Shown: positions 25,901 to 38,100 of the stretch, piece after piece | Layout of the letters: each line of letters begins with the position of its first letter | Numbering within the stretch: the stretch's first letter is position 1 | Origin: Marsupella aquatica | Taxonomy: Eukaryota > Plantae > Marchantiophyta | DNA: 64,000 bases | NCBI GenBank assembly: GCA_973895155.1 | Contig: OZ316899.1 | Location: 11,872,834 to 11,936,833 of the forward strand | Direction: 5' to 3' | Program-made: the position numbers and the translations under genes | Notes under the pieces: model-generated | The model's database searches: none | What the model was told of the DNA's origin: nothing | Seen by the model: only the letters and a program-made list of their open reading frames with translations

Positions 25901-26573
25901 CTTCTGTCCAAACAAAATCTGTCACAAAACAAGGGGTCGCAAGTCGATTTCCCAACTTCCTTTAGTTCCTGAATCTCTGAAAGTTCATCAAGGGACAGGG
26001 TTAACACCTCCTGAAATCAACTTCTTGATTCAGATGGGTTTTCAAATTGAGGGTCTCTACTACATGGACTGCCAACCAGATGGCATTGTTTCTCCTCCAA
26101 ACCGGGTGGAACTTCGCATTGACGTGAACTCTTTTCCAGAGAAGGTTGATGTAACCTACCCAAATAGATGAATGAAGACACGGAATGGAAAAGGTACTCG
26201 ACAACGTTTCAACTTCACAGGAGAACTCTTGAAAAGGATTCAGGCTGCAAATGACGAACAAATGAGGATCGTAGCTTCTGAGAAAGTCGTCCAAGGAAAT
26301 GGATGGGGATCACAGTTTTTGATTGCTACTCATGAAAACAATCCAAGTAAGTCGAGTAAATATTGGATTCAGTTGTGCTCTTTTCCTTGTTGTTCCTGTC
26401 CAGATTTCTTCAAGCGGCATTCGCATGGAAAACCTTATATGTCTTGCAAATATATCCTTTGGGTTTTTAAGAATGTTTACCGTTTGAACTTGGATAGTGA
26501 TGATATTGTTAAGCAGCCTATTTTAACCATAGCTGAAATTTCTGATCTTATTGAACGGGCAATTGAGGTTTGA
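22995..26573 (+). pseudogene. MULE-like transposase with GCM-like N-terminal region and C-terminal SWIM finger
   Basis: MDRDNDGYPW...C.G...C.N..C...HMGFHDHP (GCM/WRKY-like); FMVDNAKAGW...DAFHLSQS (MULE D...xxH region); intron 24839-24962 joins in frame to MPNCTGAESVH (catalytic Glu region); CSCPDF...CKYILWV SWIM. Multiple stops. Confidence 0.75.
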
Positions 26574-27245
26574 GATGGACAGGTCCTCTTTGGAAAGAGT
26601 TTTTTTTAAGTGAGAAGTAAGTTGGATTTTGTTTTAATTAATTTAGATTTCTCGGAGGGTGAGATATTTTGACCATGATATCATGACCATAAGGAGTATA
26701 ATATTTTGTTTCTAAGTTGTGAGCATAGATATTTCCATTAATAAAGGAATGTTCTTTTCAAGCATATACAAAAATACCATATGCTGGTTGTTTTTTTGCT
26801 AGCGAGGTCGCTAGCCTTCATTTTTAAAACAGTTAATTTATGGTGTATTATTTGAACAAATGGTGGTTATTCAGAGAAACACCCTTGTTGTTTTTCCTTG
26901 TGCATACGAAATAGGATGCCTGTATCATATTACATTATTGAATGAGGTGTGCTTGTATCAGACTATGAATGGCGAGGTTATTCTCCCCTCATAAGGTGGA
27001 ATATCATGTTTGTAGTGGGGTGGTCTTTGTATGATTGCCCAAACCCTAAACCCTAGTTGGAAATGAAAAGTAGAACTCAAGACCGTTAGTAATTTTTGCC
27101 AACCAAACTGCTCGGCCATTTTTGGCTAGCGAGGCAAGTTATTACTAGCGAAGGGCCCATTTTGCGAAAAAAAACCTTCTTACAGCAAATAAAATCCTGT
27201 TACGAGTATTTTTTTCCTGTTTCCTCACATGGTAGTCATACCCCT

Positions 27246-27388
27246 AGACTTGACATTGCCCACGCCGTTAGCATTTTGAGAAGATTTATGCAAACCAAGG
27301 TAAACTTCACTGGGAAGCAGTAAAGTGGGTTTTTGCGGTATTTAAAAGGTACTTAGATTGTGGGATTCTATTTGACGGTAAAGCAAAC
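27246..27388 (+). pseudogene. Tnt1/Tork-like Copia pol, piece 2 (end of RT)
   Basis: RLDIAHAVSILRRFM...HWEAVKW..LRYLKGT..CGILF. Confidence 0.88.
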
Positions 27389-28292
27389 TGTCACGCCATA
27401 AGCTTCGTCCTTGTGCAGATTTTGGCTTAGACGGGCATAATCTTCATTAGTTTGAGGGTTCGGGCAAGGAGGGATGTGCAAACTGAACCTTATTCCCATA
27501 ATCTAGGGCTAAGTGCACCTATTCCTTTGTATAGAAATGTCATGGGTATAGTTTGTGTTCCGCCGCCGGATTGTACCTTAAGTTGATAGTTGGATCAACC
27601 CCGGCTTAAGGGCTTCTAAGCCTTTGTACTGTCCGCCTCCCATCCGGATCCGATATTACGGGTATCCAACCCGGGCTCGCAACCACTATCCGCAGCCTAC
27701 ACCCCGTGCATGGCTTGGATGATGCGTTCGGCCAAGCATTCTCTACCCATATACAAGATTCATACATGCAACTGAACTCATGCACATACAATCTTGCTTT
27801 ACACGAAGGAAATGGTGGGAAAAGACTTTACTTAAGAATCCGTCATACACATATACACGGTTGACTCGACATCTCTTGAGTAAATAGGCCCAACGGCAGA
27901 GCGGCGTACACTACAACGGAGCCCGGCTCCGCACTCGCCTAGCGAGCTTAGTCGTACCCTCCCTCCTTGGTATCTTTTACTCACAAAGGCCAGGACACCC
28001 CGCACATCGTGCGAATACCCGGTTCTAAAACTAAAATCCCCCTATCTCTACCGGGGGGTACACTAAATACTAAGAGCCGGGGTCCGGACCGACCACGTGC
28101 TCGAACCTAAGCTATCCTAGATTCTAAACTCTGCTAATTGTCAGGCCGTAAAATGACGTGTCTTATTCTAAGATTCTAACTACAAAGGTTGGTTGGATAG
28201 GACAGCGCTGCTAACTAGTTTCGGCGCTTGTCCCTATTGCCTGACTATCCTATCCCTAACTCTATCCTAAACCTATCCCGCCGCTAATGTCT

Positions 28293-29410
28293 TGTGGTAA
28301 GTAGAAACAACCCAAATGTGTGTAATTTGTCCTTAAATACCAAGGGTTGGTCCCGTAAAGAATAAGTGAAACAAATTATGCATGTGTTTATGTACTTTGA
28401 AATCGCAAAGCAATTTCTTCACTGTTTTCTTGTATATACAATTCTACAACGACATTTCAATAGATCAATAAATTTATAAGTATTTACTTCTTATCAATAG
28501 GTAATCTGATTTTCATTCATTACCTACTTCCATATACTCAACAGAGATCGGTTTTACGTCGAATAACTCACTACAATTCTCTTTTCCCTAGATCTCAAAG
28601 TTTTCTCTTACAAATTCATGATTCTTATGATATTCATCCATGAACTTGAGACAAATGTTATAATTCCAATGCAAAAGTGTGGTACAATTCCTCTTGGTTT
28701 AATCTTTCCTCCTAAGCCCAAAACTGGCATGAGAGAAAGACCCAAAACTGGTCAAAGATTAACATTCCAAGGAAAAGAACAACCAAAAATGGTCTTAGGA
28801 GTCCAATTGTAGGCTCCCTCAAAAGCTTGAGATGCCAAAAGGTTTAAAAGTCTACAAACCTTTTCTTATCTAAATTTAAAATCCTAAAAGGTGAGATGAA
28901 ACTAAGACTCTCTAAATCTAATTCCTAAGGGTGTAATAAACTATGTCCCTCTATATCCTACTCTAACTAATTACTGGAAAAGCTCAAGAGGTGTAAAACA
29001 TATGTGAAATGGTTTAAGAAACAAGTGCCAGAATATCTCAGAGAATCAATTTGAGACATTTTGAAGTATGTATTTTGGGTTCAAACTAATATTTTCCTTG
29101 TAGCCCTTGGAAATACCTTTCCACAAAGCCTTAAAACTCCTCAAACCAACACTGAGTCAATCCACAATTGTCCGCCAAAGTTGCTGCAGCAACTCCAAAC
29201 CGATTCTTCTACCAAAGCGATTTTCTTCGTATGTTTCCCAATGCGATTCTTTTGTCAGAAACTTCAACTTCTCCACTTTCCTCCAAAACTTCCTTTAAGG
29301 GCTTAAAATGAATTAAGGGGTGGTTTGTTGACTTGGAGAAGCTTCAACTAAAGTCAAAAAGTTTTAAACTGTACCATTTTCACTCCAATGCTCCTTTTTG
29401 CCATTCTACA
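28293..29410 (-). repeat. 3' LTR of Athila-like Gypsy (1118 bp)
   Basis: About 17 substitutions (counted by eye) and one 10-bp indel relative to 45617-46744. Confidence 0.95.
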
Positions 29411-30143
29411 TAACCCCCTCCTCAAATGTAAAGCAACCTTGTGAACACTTTAGTCTTGGAAAAGTTTCTTCTTTGGAAAGGATGTACCAGGTCATGATCT
29501 CCTCTAGCCCTATCATCTTCTAGGGCGGCGTCATTGGTGTGAATTAATCTTGTGCGTAAAGCACCGAATGTTTATCATTGTTGATGAACATTTGATTAGG
29601 TAGATAAATCAAGGTAGGGCATTCCTTCCGTCAAAACAAAGGGTTTGAACTTAAAGTAGGGATTCTGAGAAATAGAAGGTTGAAACGAAAGAATGAATAA
29701 AACGTGTCGTGAAAGAAGTTTCCCGATGAAATAATAAGAGCTCAATTGGGCTAGATGAAAAAGATGGTTGTGGATATTGTGAAATGATTGTGCTTATACT
29801 CAAAGGATGGAAACATTCCAATGAATTTTTTGAAGTTTTCTGGGAAAGACTGAAAAACAAATTCAGGAAATAGTGGGGGGAAACAAATAAAGTTTCTTTG
29901 GAAAACATTGTGAAACACACTGTTACCGGTGGTAGCAGTGAGAAAACTGTGCAAGAGGAAAGAAATAGAACTCTATGCAATTGTAGATGCCGGAAATTTC
30001 AGAGGATAGTAAGAACTGGGATTACAAATGAGTTGTAGTTCATCAAATAACTACAACTTATCTTCAAAATGTGTCACCAAAATTTGCCAAAATTCAGAAG
30101 ATCTCTCAAGAAGTACTCAGTTTCTGGTATCAAATCTCACTAA

Positions 30144-32586
30144 TCACTTTGGAACCTTACGCTTTGCTCTCTTGGAATCTGCTCCTGAATTGTGAAGTTT
30201 AAGCTTCTTACGTTTCTGTTGGGCTGGTTCCAAGGGTAAGTCGATGTCCTCTACCTGAGTGACATCTGTACTTAAGCCTTCGTCTTCTACTATATCAGAG
30301 TCAACTGGTAGTGCTTCAACTTCAACATCCGCAGGAAGCTCAATCAATTGTTCAATAGAAGTAGTGATAGCAGGCTCACCCGGTTCACAGAACTGGAGTG
30401 CATCATTCAGCCAAGGTGGGCTATAATTAGGAGTGACCATGAGAGGGTCGAAAAGCTGTTTCTGGTCAACCAGAGTAGCAATGAAAGTGTACTCCCTATC
30501 AGACATCTTAGCTGGACACGTAAATTGACACAATTCTTCCTCTACTATGAAGTCATGGCCGTCATGAAAAAGCTTCTGCACACGGGCGGTAGCAACAATG
30601 GCTCTCTCCAATTTCTCCAAGCTGAAGTCGGTCTTGCCTCCAATCTGCTGTATACGATCAAAAATGGTGGGAAGTGGTTGATTACGAAAGCGCTCCAGAC
30701 GTGATTTCAATGCATCCAAAATTGCTGTGCTCTCCAACAAAATATCTGACTTACGCTTCTGAGCCACAGAGCTCAAATCAACCTCGGCTGTATCCGGAAG
30801 AAAAAACATTGGTGGATGTGTGTCAATTTCAATGTCCCCAGTAACCAAATTTGATAAGTGGGCATTTAGTTGATCCAGATAGGTGCACTGAAATTGAGTA
30901 GCCCAACCGGGAAGATTGCCCAACAATTGGTTGGCCAGGGAAAGATCTTCAACCTTCAAATCACCATACATCAAGGCAAAAGCAAAAAATTCCCTGGTAT
31001 CCGAAGTGGCATGTTCCCATACAGAGTAAATCTAACAAAGAGGAACTCCTCTCTTTGGATCAAACGCAGGTAGGCCATGGTGGTGGCAAACCATCACCTT
31101 CTTGAAACGATAATAAATGAGGAAGTCCATCGAGGGGACTACAAACTCCAACAATTGCTCAGTGAAGTGCTCCAAACGTTCAATTTTGATAGACGGGGCC
31201 GGCCAATTTTTGGGGAACAGCAACTCGGTTGATGGCTTCTCAATTTGTAACTCAAGAATTACAGGAGAGGACTTCACGTGTTTCTCAAGAATATTGCACA
31301 AATCGTCCACTGCCTTAAGGATCGCCTCATACTTCTTGTCTAGTAACCCCTTCTGATTAGTGATAGCAGTAGCAACACAAGCCAGGTTCTTTGCATCACT
31401 CTGCCATCCTGCTGAATTTAGGGCAGCAAGTTGTAGCCTTTCAACACTCAAAAGCAAAATAGCTTCCGCAACTCTTGCCAAAGTGTCTCCCATTTTCTGT
31501 ATAGCAGGTAACACTGCGCCCTGAACTGAGTCTTTCAATTTCTTCTCAAGTTCTTTCTTCTCCTGTTCGAGCACTCTGCGTTCTTGTTCTGTTGCAGCAT
31601 TTTTGGCCCTTAAAGTATCAATTTGACCAAGTAGGTCTTCTCCTGAATAGTTGAACCTCTATGACAACTCTTCAACCACATTGGCGTTAGTAGCATTAGC
31701 CTTACAAAATTCTTCCAAGAAACCACACAATTTTCCTTCTAATGGACAGGTCTCATCATCAGATTCAAGGTTAATGAAAGAACCTCCCGAACAAGTTTTC
31801 TTGGTAAGAACAGCCTGCGTTAAAGCCTTGCCCGATTCCACTCGCTTCCGCAACACCCACTTGGTAATGAGAGTTGCTTCAGACCGGTCAGTTGACCGAG
31901 CTTCAATCGGACTATTATCCTCTGTCTTGCTTCCCTCCTCAACCGATGGTGGGTCCTCAAGCAAAGAGCGATTAGCCACCGCCTCGTCATAGATAAGTAA
32001 TTCCTTCTTTGAAAGCTTCCCTTCAAACTTGTACAAATGAACAGCATCGGTGCAACGAAAAAGTCCATCCCGACTTTCACCCGTTTGCATCTAAGTTGAA
32101 ATGAATCCCACATCAAGCTCGCCCAGTTCACTAGCTTCCCCTTATCATAAGCCGTAATAATCATGGCAGCAAGCTTACCCGTAATCCTCTTTGATTTGTC
32201 TGGCATAAGAATAGGGAGGATAAAATGGAAAATGGCCCTAAGTGCCGGATCACAAGCTGTATTTGGTGTATACCCTTCTTTCTTGAATTCGGCCAAAAAA
32301 TGATCATTACAGATGTCATGAAACAAGCGAGATGAGGTAAAATCTTCAGCCGTAAGACCCAATGCAAAGACTCCATAACATTCAGCCACTGTTCTCATGC
32401 TCACAGTTGAGTAATCCGATCTTGGTTTCGCGCTTCTAGAACCTTGATTTCTCACACGGATTTCCTCCACCAACTCTGTGCTGCTAATGACCCATAAGAA
32501 CTTTGCCAGCGATTTGAGTCCTACCTTTTGGTAGTTCTCCAGATCTCGGCTTCAGGTGGCATTGAAATCATCCGCTCTTTCCCCAT
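30144..32586 (-). pseudogene. 3' extra (env-like position) ORF of the Athila-like Gypsy
   Basis: Same-strand ORF pieces 31820-32473 (VNWASLMW), 31659-32090, 31032-31574 (coiled coil) and 30144-30974 (basic NLS-like tail) between integrase and 3' LTR. Confidence 0.65.
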
Positions 32587-35195
32587 CGCGCCTTGCGTTT
32601 TCTCTCAAAAGAAGCTTCAAAATGCCGTAGCAAGAATGCTCAAACAGTCGGGGAATTTCTCTTGTAAAAAGAACGGTAACCTTCCATAGCAAGGTTAGTT
32701 CCTTCTACCCTTTGTCCTTCCGTGCCATTGTATCTCCTCTTGATTCAGTTCAAATATTTGGCACTTAATCCTCATAAATCGTTTTACCCTCTTTACTAAG
32801 GATGCTTTCCTCCATTGCTTTGAGCTTATTCTAGTCCTAAATTGGTTAACAACAACAAAAATTGTTCAAAATTTATGCCTTCTCTTACTTAATTTTAACC
32901 CTAAAAATGTGGCACTTCTCCTCCTACAACACCCCCTCCTCAAAATTGGAGTGGCCCGACGACATTAATCTAAGGTTTGAGAAGTGTATTTTTTAACTCT
33001 ATGACCATTGACCCTAGTGGGTAATAGCTCTCCATCAGTAGTGGCAAGTTGGAGACTACCATTAGCCCAAACATTGTTAACTAAATAGGGTCCACCCCAC
33101 CTAGTGTGGAGCTTCCCTGGAAATTTCAAATAACGATTCAAATAAGGATTCAAATTTGGTGATCAAAATTTTCTTCTAGGTGTTCTAATTCTGCTAATCA
33201 AATTAATTGGCTTTCTTCAAGAGGTAAACGTCGGTCTTCTAAGACTCGTGCAGTGGGCAAACTGAATTCTATAGGAACAATAGAGTCCATCCCATAAACC
33301 ATGTAAAAAGGAGTTTGTTTGGTGATAATCTTTTGTGTAGTTCTGTATGCCCATAGGGCAGATGCTAACTTCATGTCCCAGTCACTTTTATGTGCAGAAA
33401 CAATTTTTGTGAGGATTTTACAAATGATGCCATTAGCCCGCTCCGTCAAACCGTTTGCCTTAGGTTTATAGGGAGTAGTTTTGCGGTGCTTAATCAAGTA
33501 AGTGGTGGTGAGAAGTTCAATGGTGTTATTTAGGAAGTGAGTGCCTCTATCACTAACCAACTCTAAGGGACACCCATATCGAGTGATAATATTATCAAAA
33601 AGGAAAAGTGCCGTAACAGTTGCATCATCCTTCTGTACCACTTTGGCTTCCACCCACTTGGTGGCATAATCGGTTGCCACAATGATGTAGCAATTTCTCC
33701 TTCGTTGAGTACCAGGTTGTATGGGACCCACAAAATCAATGCCCCATTTTTCAAAGGGAGCTAGGGGCATTATGGGGACTAAGGGCCATATTCCACTAAG
33801 TAAGGTTTCCCCATGCGTTGGCAAGGGTCACACCCTTTAATGAAGTCAAGTACATCCTTATGCATTGAGGGCCACCAGTAACCTGCATCACAAACTTTGG
33901 CCACCATTGTATTCACAGCAAAATGTCCACCCGCATCCCCTTCATGCAATGCACTAATCACTCTGGACACCTTGTGCGTCTCCAAACATCGCTTAAGCTT
34001 AAAGCCAGGCATGGTTTTATGTAACACACCTTTAATCAGGGTGTAAGGTCCCGCCTTATGTACCAAAACTGCCTGCTGCTCCGCATTCATGTGTTGATGA
34101 GGTCGTCCCGTCATCAGGAAGGTAACAATGTCATGACCATAAAGCAATTTTTCACCCTCTATGTGAAATAACTCCTCATTAGGGAAATGATCTGGTACCG
34201 CCTCCTCACCATCTTTGCCCTCCAACCGCGATAAGTAATCCGCATTCACATGACTTCTGCCAGCTCGCACCTCCACCTTGAATTGAAACTCTTGTAACAA
34301 TAGGACCCATCTAGCAATTCATCAAGACAAGTCCACTTTGTTGAAAAGATATTTCAATGAATGGTGATCTGTGTGGAAAATGGTGTCATAGCCAAGAAGG
34401 TAATGCCTAAACTTTTTGCAAGCAAAAACCATGCCTAAGGCTTCCCTCTCCGTGGTGGAGTAATTTTGTTTGGCACTATTCAATTGGGGACTAGCAAAAT
34501 AAATTGGATGGTTCTTATCATGCTCGTCCTTCTGACTGAGTTCTAAACCTATACAAAACTTGGAGGTATCTACAAAAACATGAAAAACTTTGTCCCAATC
34601 AGGAGGAATAAGAACTGGAGCGATTGTGAGCTTATATTTCAAGGTAATGAAGGCATTTTCCCGAGTGTCACTCCACTCATAGGGTGTATCCTTCTTGAGA
34701 AGTTGAGTGAGGGTTGTGGCAAGAACAGAGTAACCCTCTATAAACCGACGGCAATACCCTACATACCCCAAGAATCCCCTCAACTCTCTCAGATTGGTGG
34801 GAACTTCTAAGGCCAGAATTACTGCTACTTTGTCATGGTCTACTGCAATGCCTCTCTGGGAAATCTTATGCCCTAATAAAATACCCTCTTGCATGCCAAA
34901 ATAACATTTCTCAGGGTGCAAACACAGTCCCGCCTCCCTACACTTGGCAAATGTCTTTCTCAAATACTCTAAATGATTTTTCTGTTGACTATAAACACAA
35001 AAATCATCAATAAACATTTCTAAAAAATCCCGCAAGTATTCCTGAAAAATCACAGTCATTAGTCTTTGAAAGGTAGCGGGTGCATTACACAAACCAAAAG
35101 GCATACGAGAGAACGCATAAGTGCCCCAATCGATTGTGAATGTAATTTTAGACCGATCTTATGAAAACTTGGTTATAACCGGAAAATCCATCTAG

Positions 35196-38100
35196 TGTTG
35201 TAACCTGAGTTAACTAGACCATAGATAAGGTTAACTAGGATTACGCCTACTCTGGTTAGGTCACACTAACTGCCTAACCACCAGGCTATTGGAAAGCCTA
35301 TATGTAAGGATATGGAAGAGAATGGAAATACAGTTGTTCAATCTATCACAACATGTTATCAGCACAATGCTGATTTGAATCAAATTTTTTTAAAATCATC
35401 CCTCTTTCTTCTTTTGAGATAGATTGGCAACCTTTTAGGAAAGGATTTATGGCAGGCGAAGGTGCAATGGTGGTCAGATCAATCAAGGGGGATGGAAGGT
35501 TATAAATCAAAATTACACATGAAACGAATTGGACGATTGAGATAAGAAATTACAATTCACCAACTACAATTTGCAATTCCATTTCCTCTTTCTCAAATTT
35601 CAACAATTGAATGAAATTGAGATTGGACACCCAAATACAATTGCAACCTTGTGCTTACCAATATGAAATTATACCACTATAATCTAGCAATATGTCAAAG
35701 AATTCTATGGAGAAACTCTTATTTCAACCACTCAGCATCGATGGTGCCAACTATTTGTCCTGGACGCTCGATGCTGAAGCTCATCTAACTTCAATTGGCC
35801 ATATGTGGCCACCCCGTTAATGATGACAAACAGATTGAGAAAACGCTCTCTACCCTTCACTCTACAAATCTTATTCTCTCTACCCAATATCGCAATATGC
35901 GATTCACACAATATTTTGAGTTGATTGCCCATATGCTCCTGGCTGAAAAGCACCAGCTATTGCTATTACAGAATTCCCAAAAATGACCCCCTGGAACTCT
36001 CCCTCCAGTCACAAATTCAGAATCCCACTACGTTACAACCCAAAGGGGAGAGGGCTCATCTTACCGTGGTCGAGGTAGTTTCAGGGGGAGAAACACATAC
36101 AGAGGCCGAGGTAGCTCTTTCAGAGGATGCGGAGGCAGAAGCAACAACTTCAGAGGCAGATCCAGGGGAAGATACCAAAACACCGGCAATAACTTGAGAA
36201 ACAATTGGCAGCAAGGCAACTATCAACCCCAAGCGAGGACAAATCAACAGCAAAGCACTCAAAGAGATAAATACGAAAACCCCTCTACCTGTTTTCGTTG
36301 TGGCACTAAAGGCCACATTCAAAAATTCTGCCGTACACCTGCACACCTGGTGCAACTATATAAGAAGAGCACTGCACAAAATGAACCTGAGACGTATGGG
36401 ACTTTCCTAGAATCCACAGAAATTATACCAACTATAAACATGGTCATATCAAAGACCACACCTGATTCTAGTATCAAAGAAAATTTTTCCCAATGCATAG
36501 TCGACAGTGGTACATCGCATTCCATTTTTAAGCATAAGGAATACTTTAAGCAAATTATACCATCCCAAAGAAAACTTACAACGATTATGGGCCAACATCA
36601 ATTGGAAGAGGGATTTGGACCAGCATTGGTCACCCTACCCCGTGGGACGATAATTCATGTGGAGTCTGCAATATACGCCCCAAAGGCAACCAGAAACTTA
36701 CTAAGCTTTGGGGATATCCGTGCTAACAAATTGCATATTAAGACGGGCACTCAACAAGGACGGGAAGTCTTGTACATCACCTCGGGGGAACCAACAAATA
36801 CCAAGATTAGAGAGATCCTGAGAGCATCACCCCTTGGTTGTTACACTACTGAAATCCACAGCTTCTACACTGGAACACCCCAAGGCACACTTACCGAGAT
36901 CTGGCACAGGAGACTAGGCCACCCTGGAACAACAATGTTCTAGAAACTGATAAGAGAAACCCTGGGCATACCGGAAATGGTCCACCCCACGTCCATGAAA
37001 GCTCCCTGTTTAGCTTGCTCACAGGGCAAGTTCATATATAATCCGGCCCTCACCACCTACAACTGAGCGCCAAATCCCCCACTTCCTAGAGCGCATACAC
37101 GCTGACGTATGCGGGCTGATTGACCCTCCAAGTGGCCCATTCCGATTTTTCCTGGCAGTCATAGATGCATCAACAAAATGGAGTCACATATCCTTACTAT
37201 CTACACGAAACCTGGTATTCTTCAGACTCCTTGCCCACATACTAAAATTGAGAGCTCAATTCCCTGAAAACCAAATTAAAACACTGAGAGTAGATAATGC
37301 TGGCGAATTTACCTCTAAGACGTTTGAAGATTTTTTCCAGGCCACGGGCATTGATGTCTAGTACCCAGTACCCCATGTCCATTTTCAGAATGGAATAGCC
37401 GAATCCTTGATTAAACGACTGCAGCTGATTGCCAGACCCCTACTAATGCAGACAAACTTACCAACAGCTGCTTGGGGTCATGCCATTCTCCACTCTGCTG
37501 CACTACTCAATTATAGACCATCATCTTTTAATTCCTCTACCCCACATCACCTAGCACTGGGGACCATACCAAATGTCTCTCACCTGAGAACGTTCGGCTG
37601 TAAAGTAATGGTGCCCATCCTAGGACCTAAGAGAACTAAGATGGGACCCCAGAGACACCCAGGAATATACATAGGTTTTGACTCAGCTTCAATCATCAGA
37701 TATATGGAGCCTACAACATCCAATGTCTTCAAAGCACGCTTTGCAGATTGCCACTTCTACGAAGATATTTTTCCCAGCCTACATACGAAGCAACTTGACA
37801 CAGAGAAAACCTCCCAACTTACTTGGAAAATTGATGTCGGCTTCTGGAATGACCCAAGGGATAGTCATGCGGACACTGAAGTACAACAAATCTTACACCT
37901 AGCAAGGATGGCAGAACACCTACCAGACTCCTTTGCAGATGCCGCCCAGGTGACACGCTCCCATATCCCAGCAGCAAACGCCCCATCCAGAATACAAATG
38001 GAGACCCCACCAGCATCAACAACAGCCCCGAAAGCAAAGAGAGGCCGCCCACTGGGATCTGTCGACAAGCAACCAAGACAGCATAGAGCTGCCCCAACAC

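Larger units (their letters stand above)
17238..27151. promoter_or_regulatory. Dispersed palindrome GCTAGCGA-NN-TCGCTAGC (candidate protein-binding sites)
   Basis: Perfect at 22846 and 26798; 1 mismatch at 18619, 22170, 24865; 2 at 22392, 22497; 3 at 17375; half-sites at 17238, 17257, 27125, 27144. Confidence 0.8.
17201..27245. mobile_element. 10-kb Mutator-like (MULE) TIR transposon with two divergent genes
   Basis: 35-bp imperfect TIRs (27/35 matches): AGGGGGGTTTGTACCATGCAAGGAAACAGGAGAAA at 17201 versus reverse complement AGGGGTATGACTACCATGTGAGGAAACAGGAAAAA ending 27245. Copia RT sequence lies on both sides. Confidence 0.85.

Noticed and set aside
17238-27151. Palindromic repeats as a CRISPR-like array
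   Set aside because: Spacing is irregular (about 0.1-3.5 kb), there are no uniform spacers or cas genes, and the context is eukaryotic.
28618-29306. ORFs duplicated at 45952-46640
   Set aside because: Spurious antisense frames repeated only because they lie in the LTRs.
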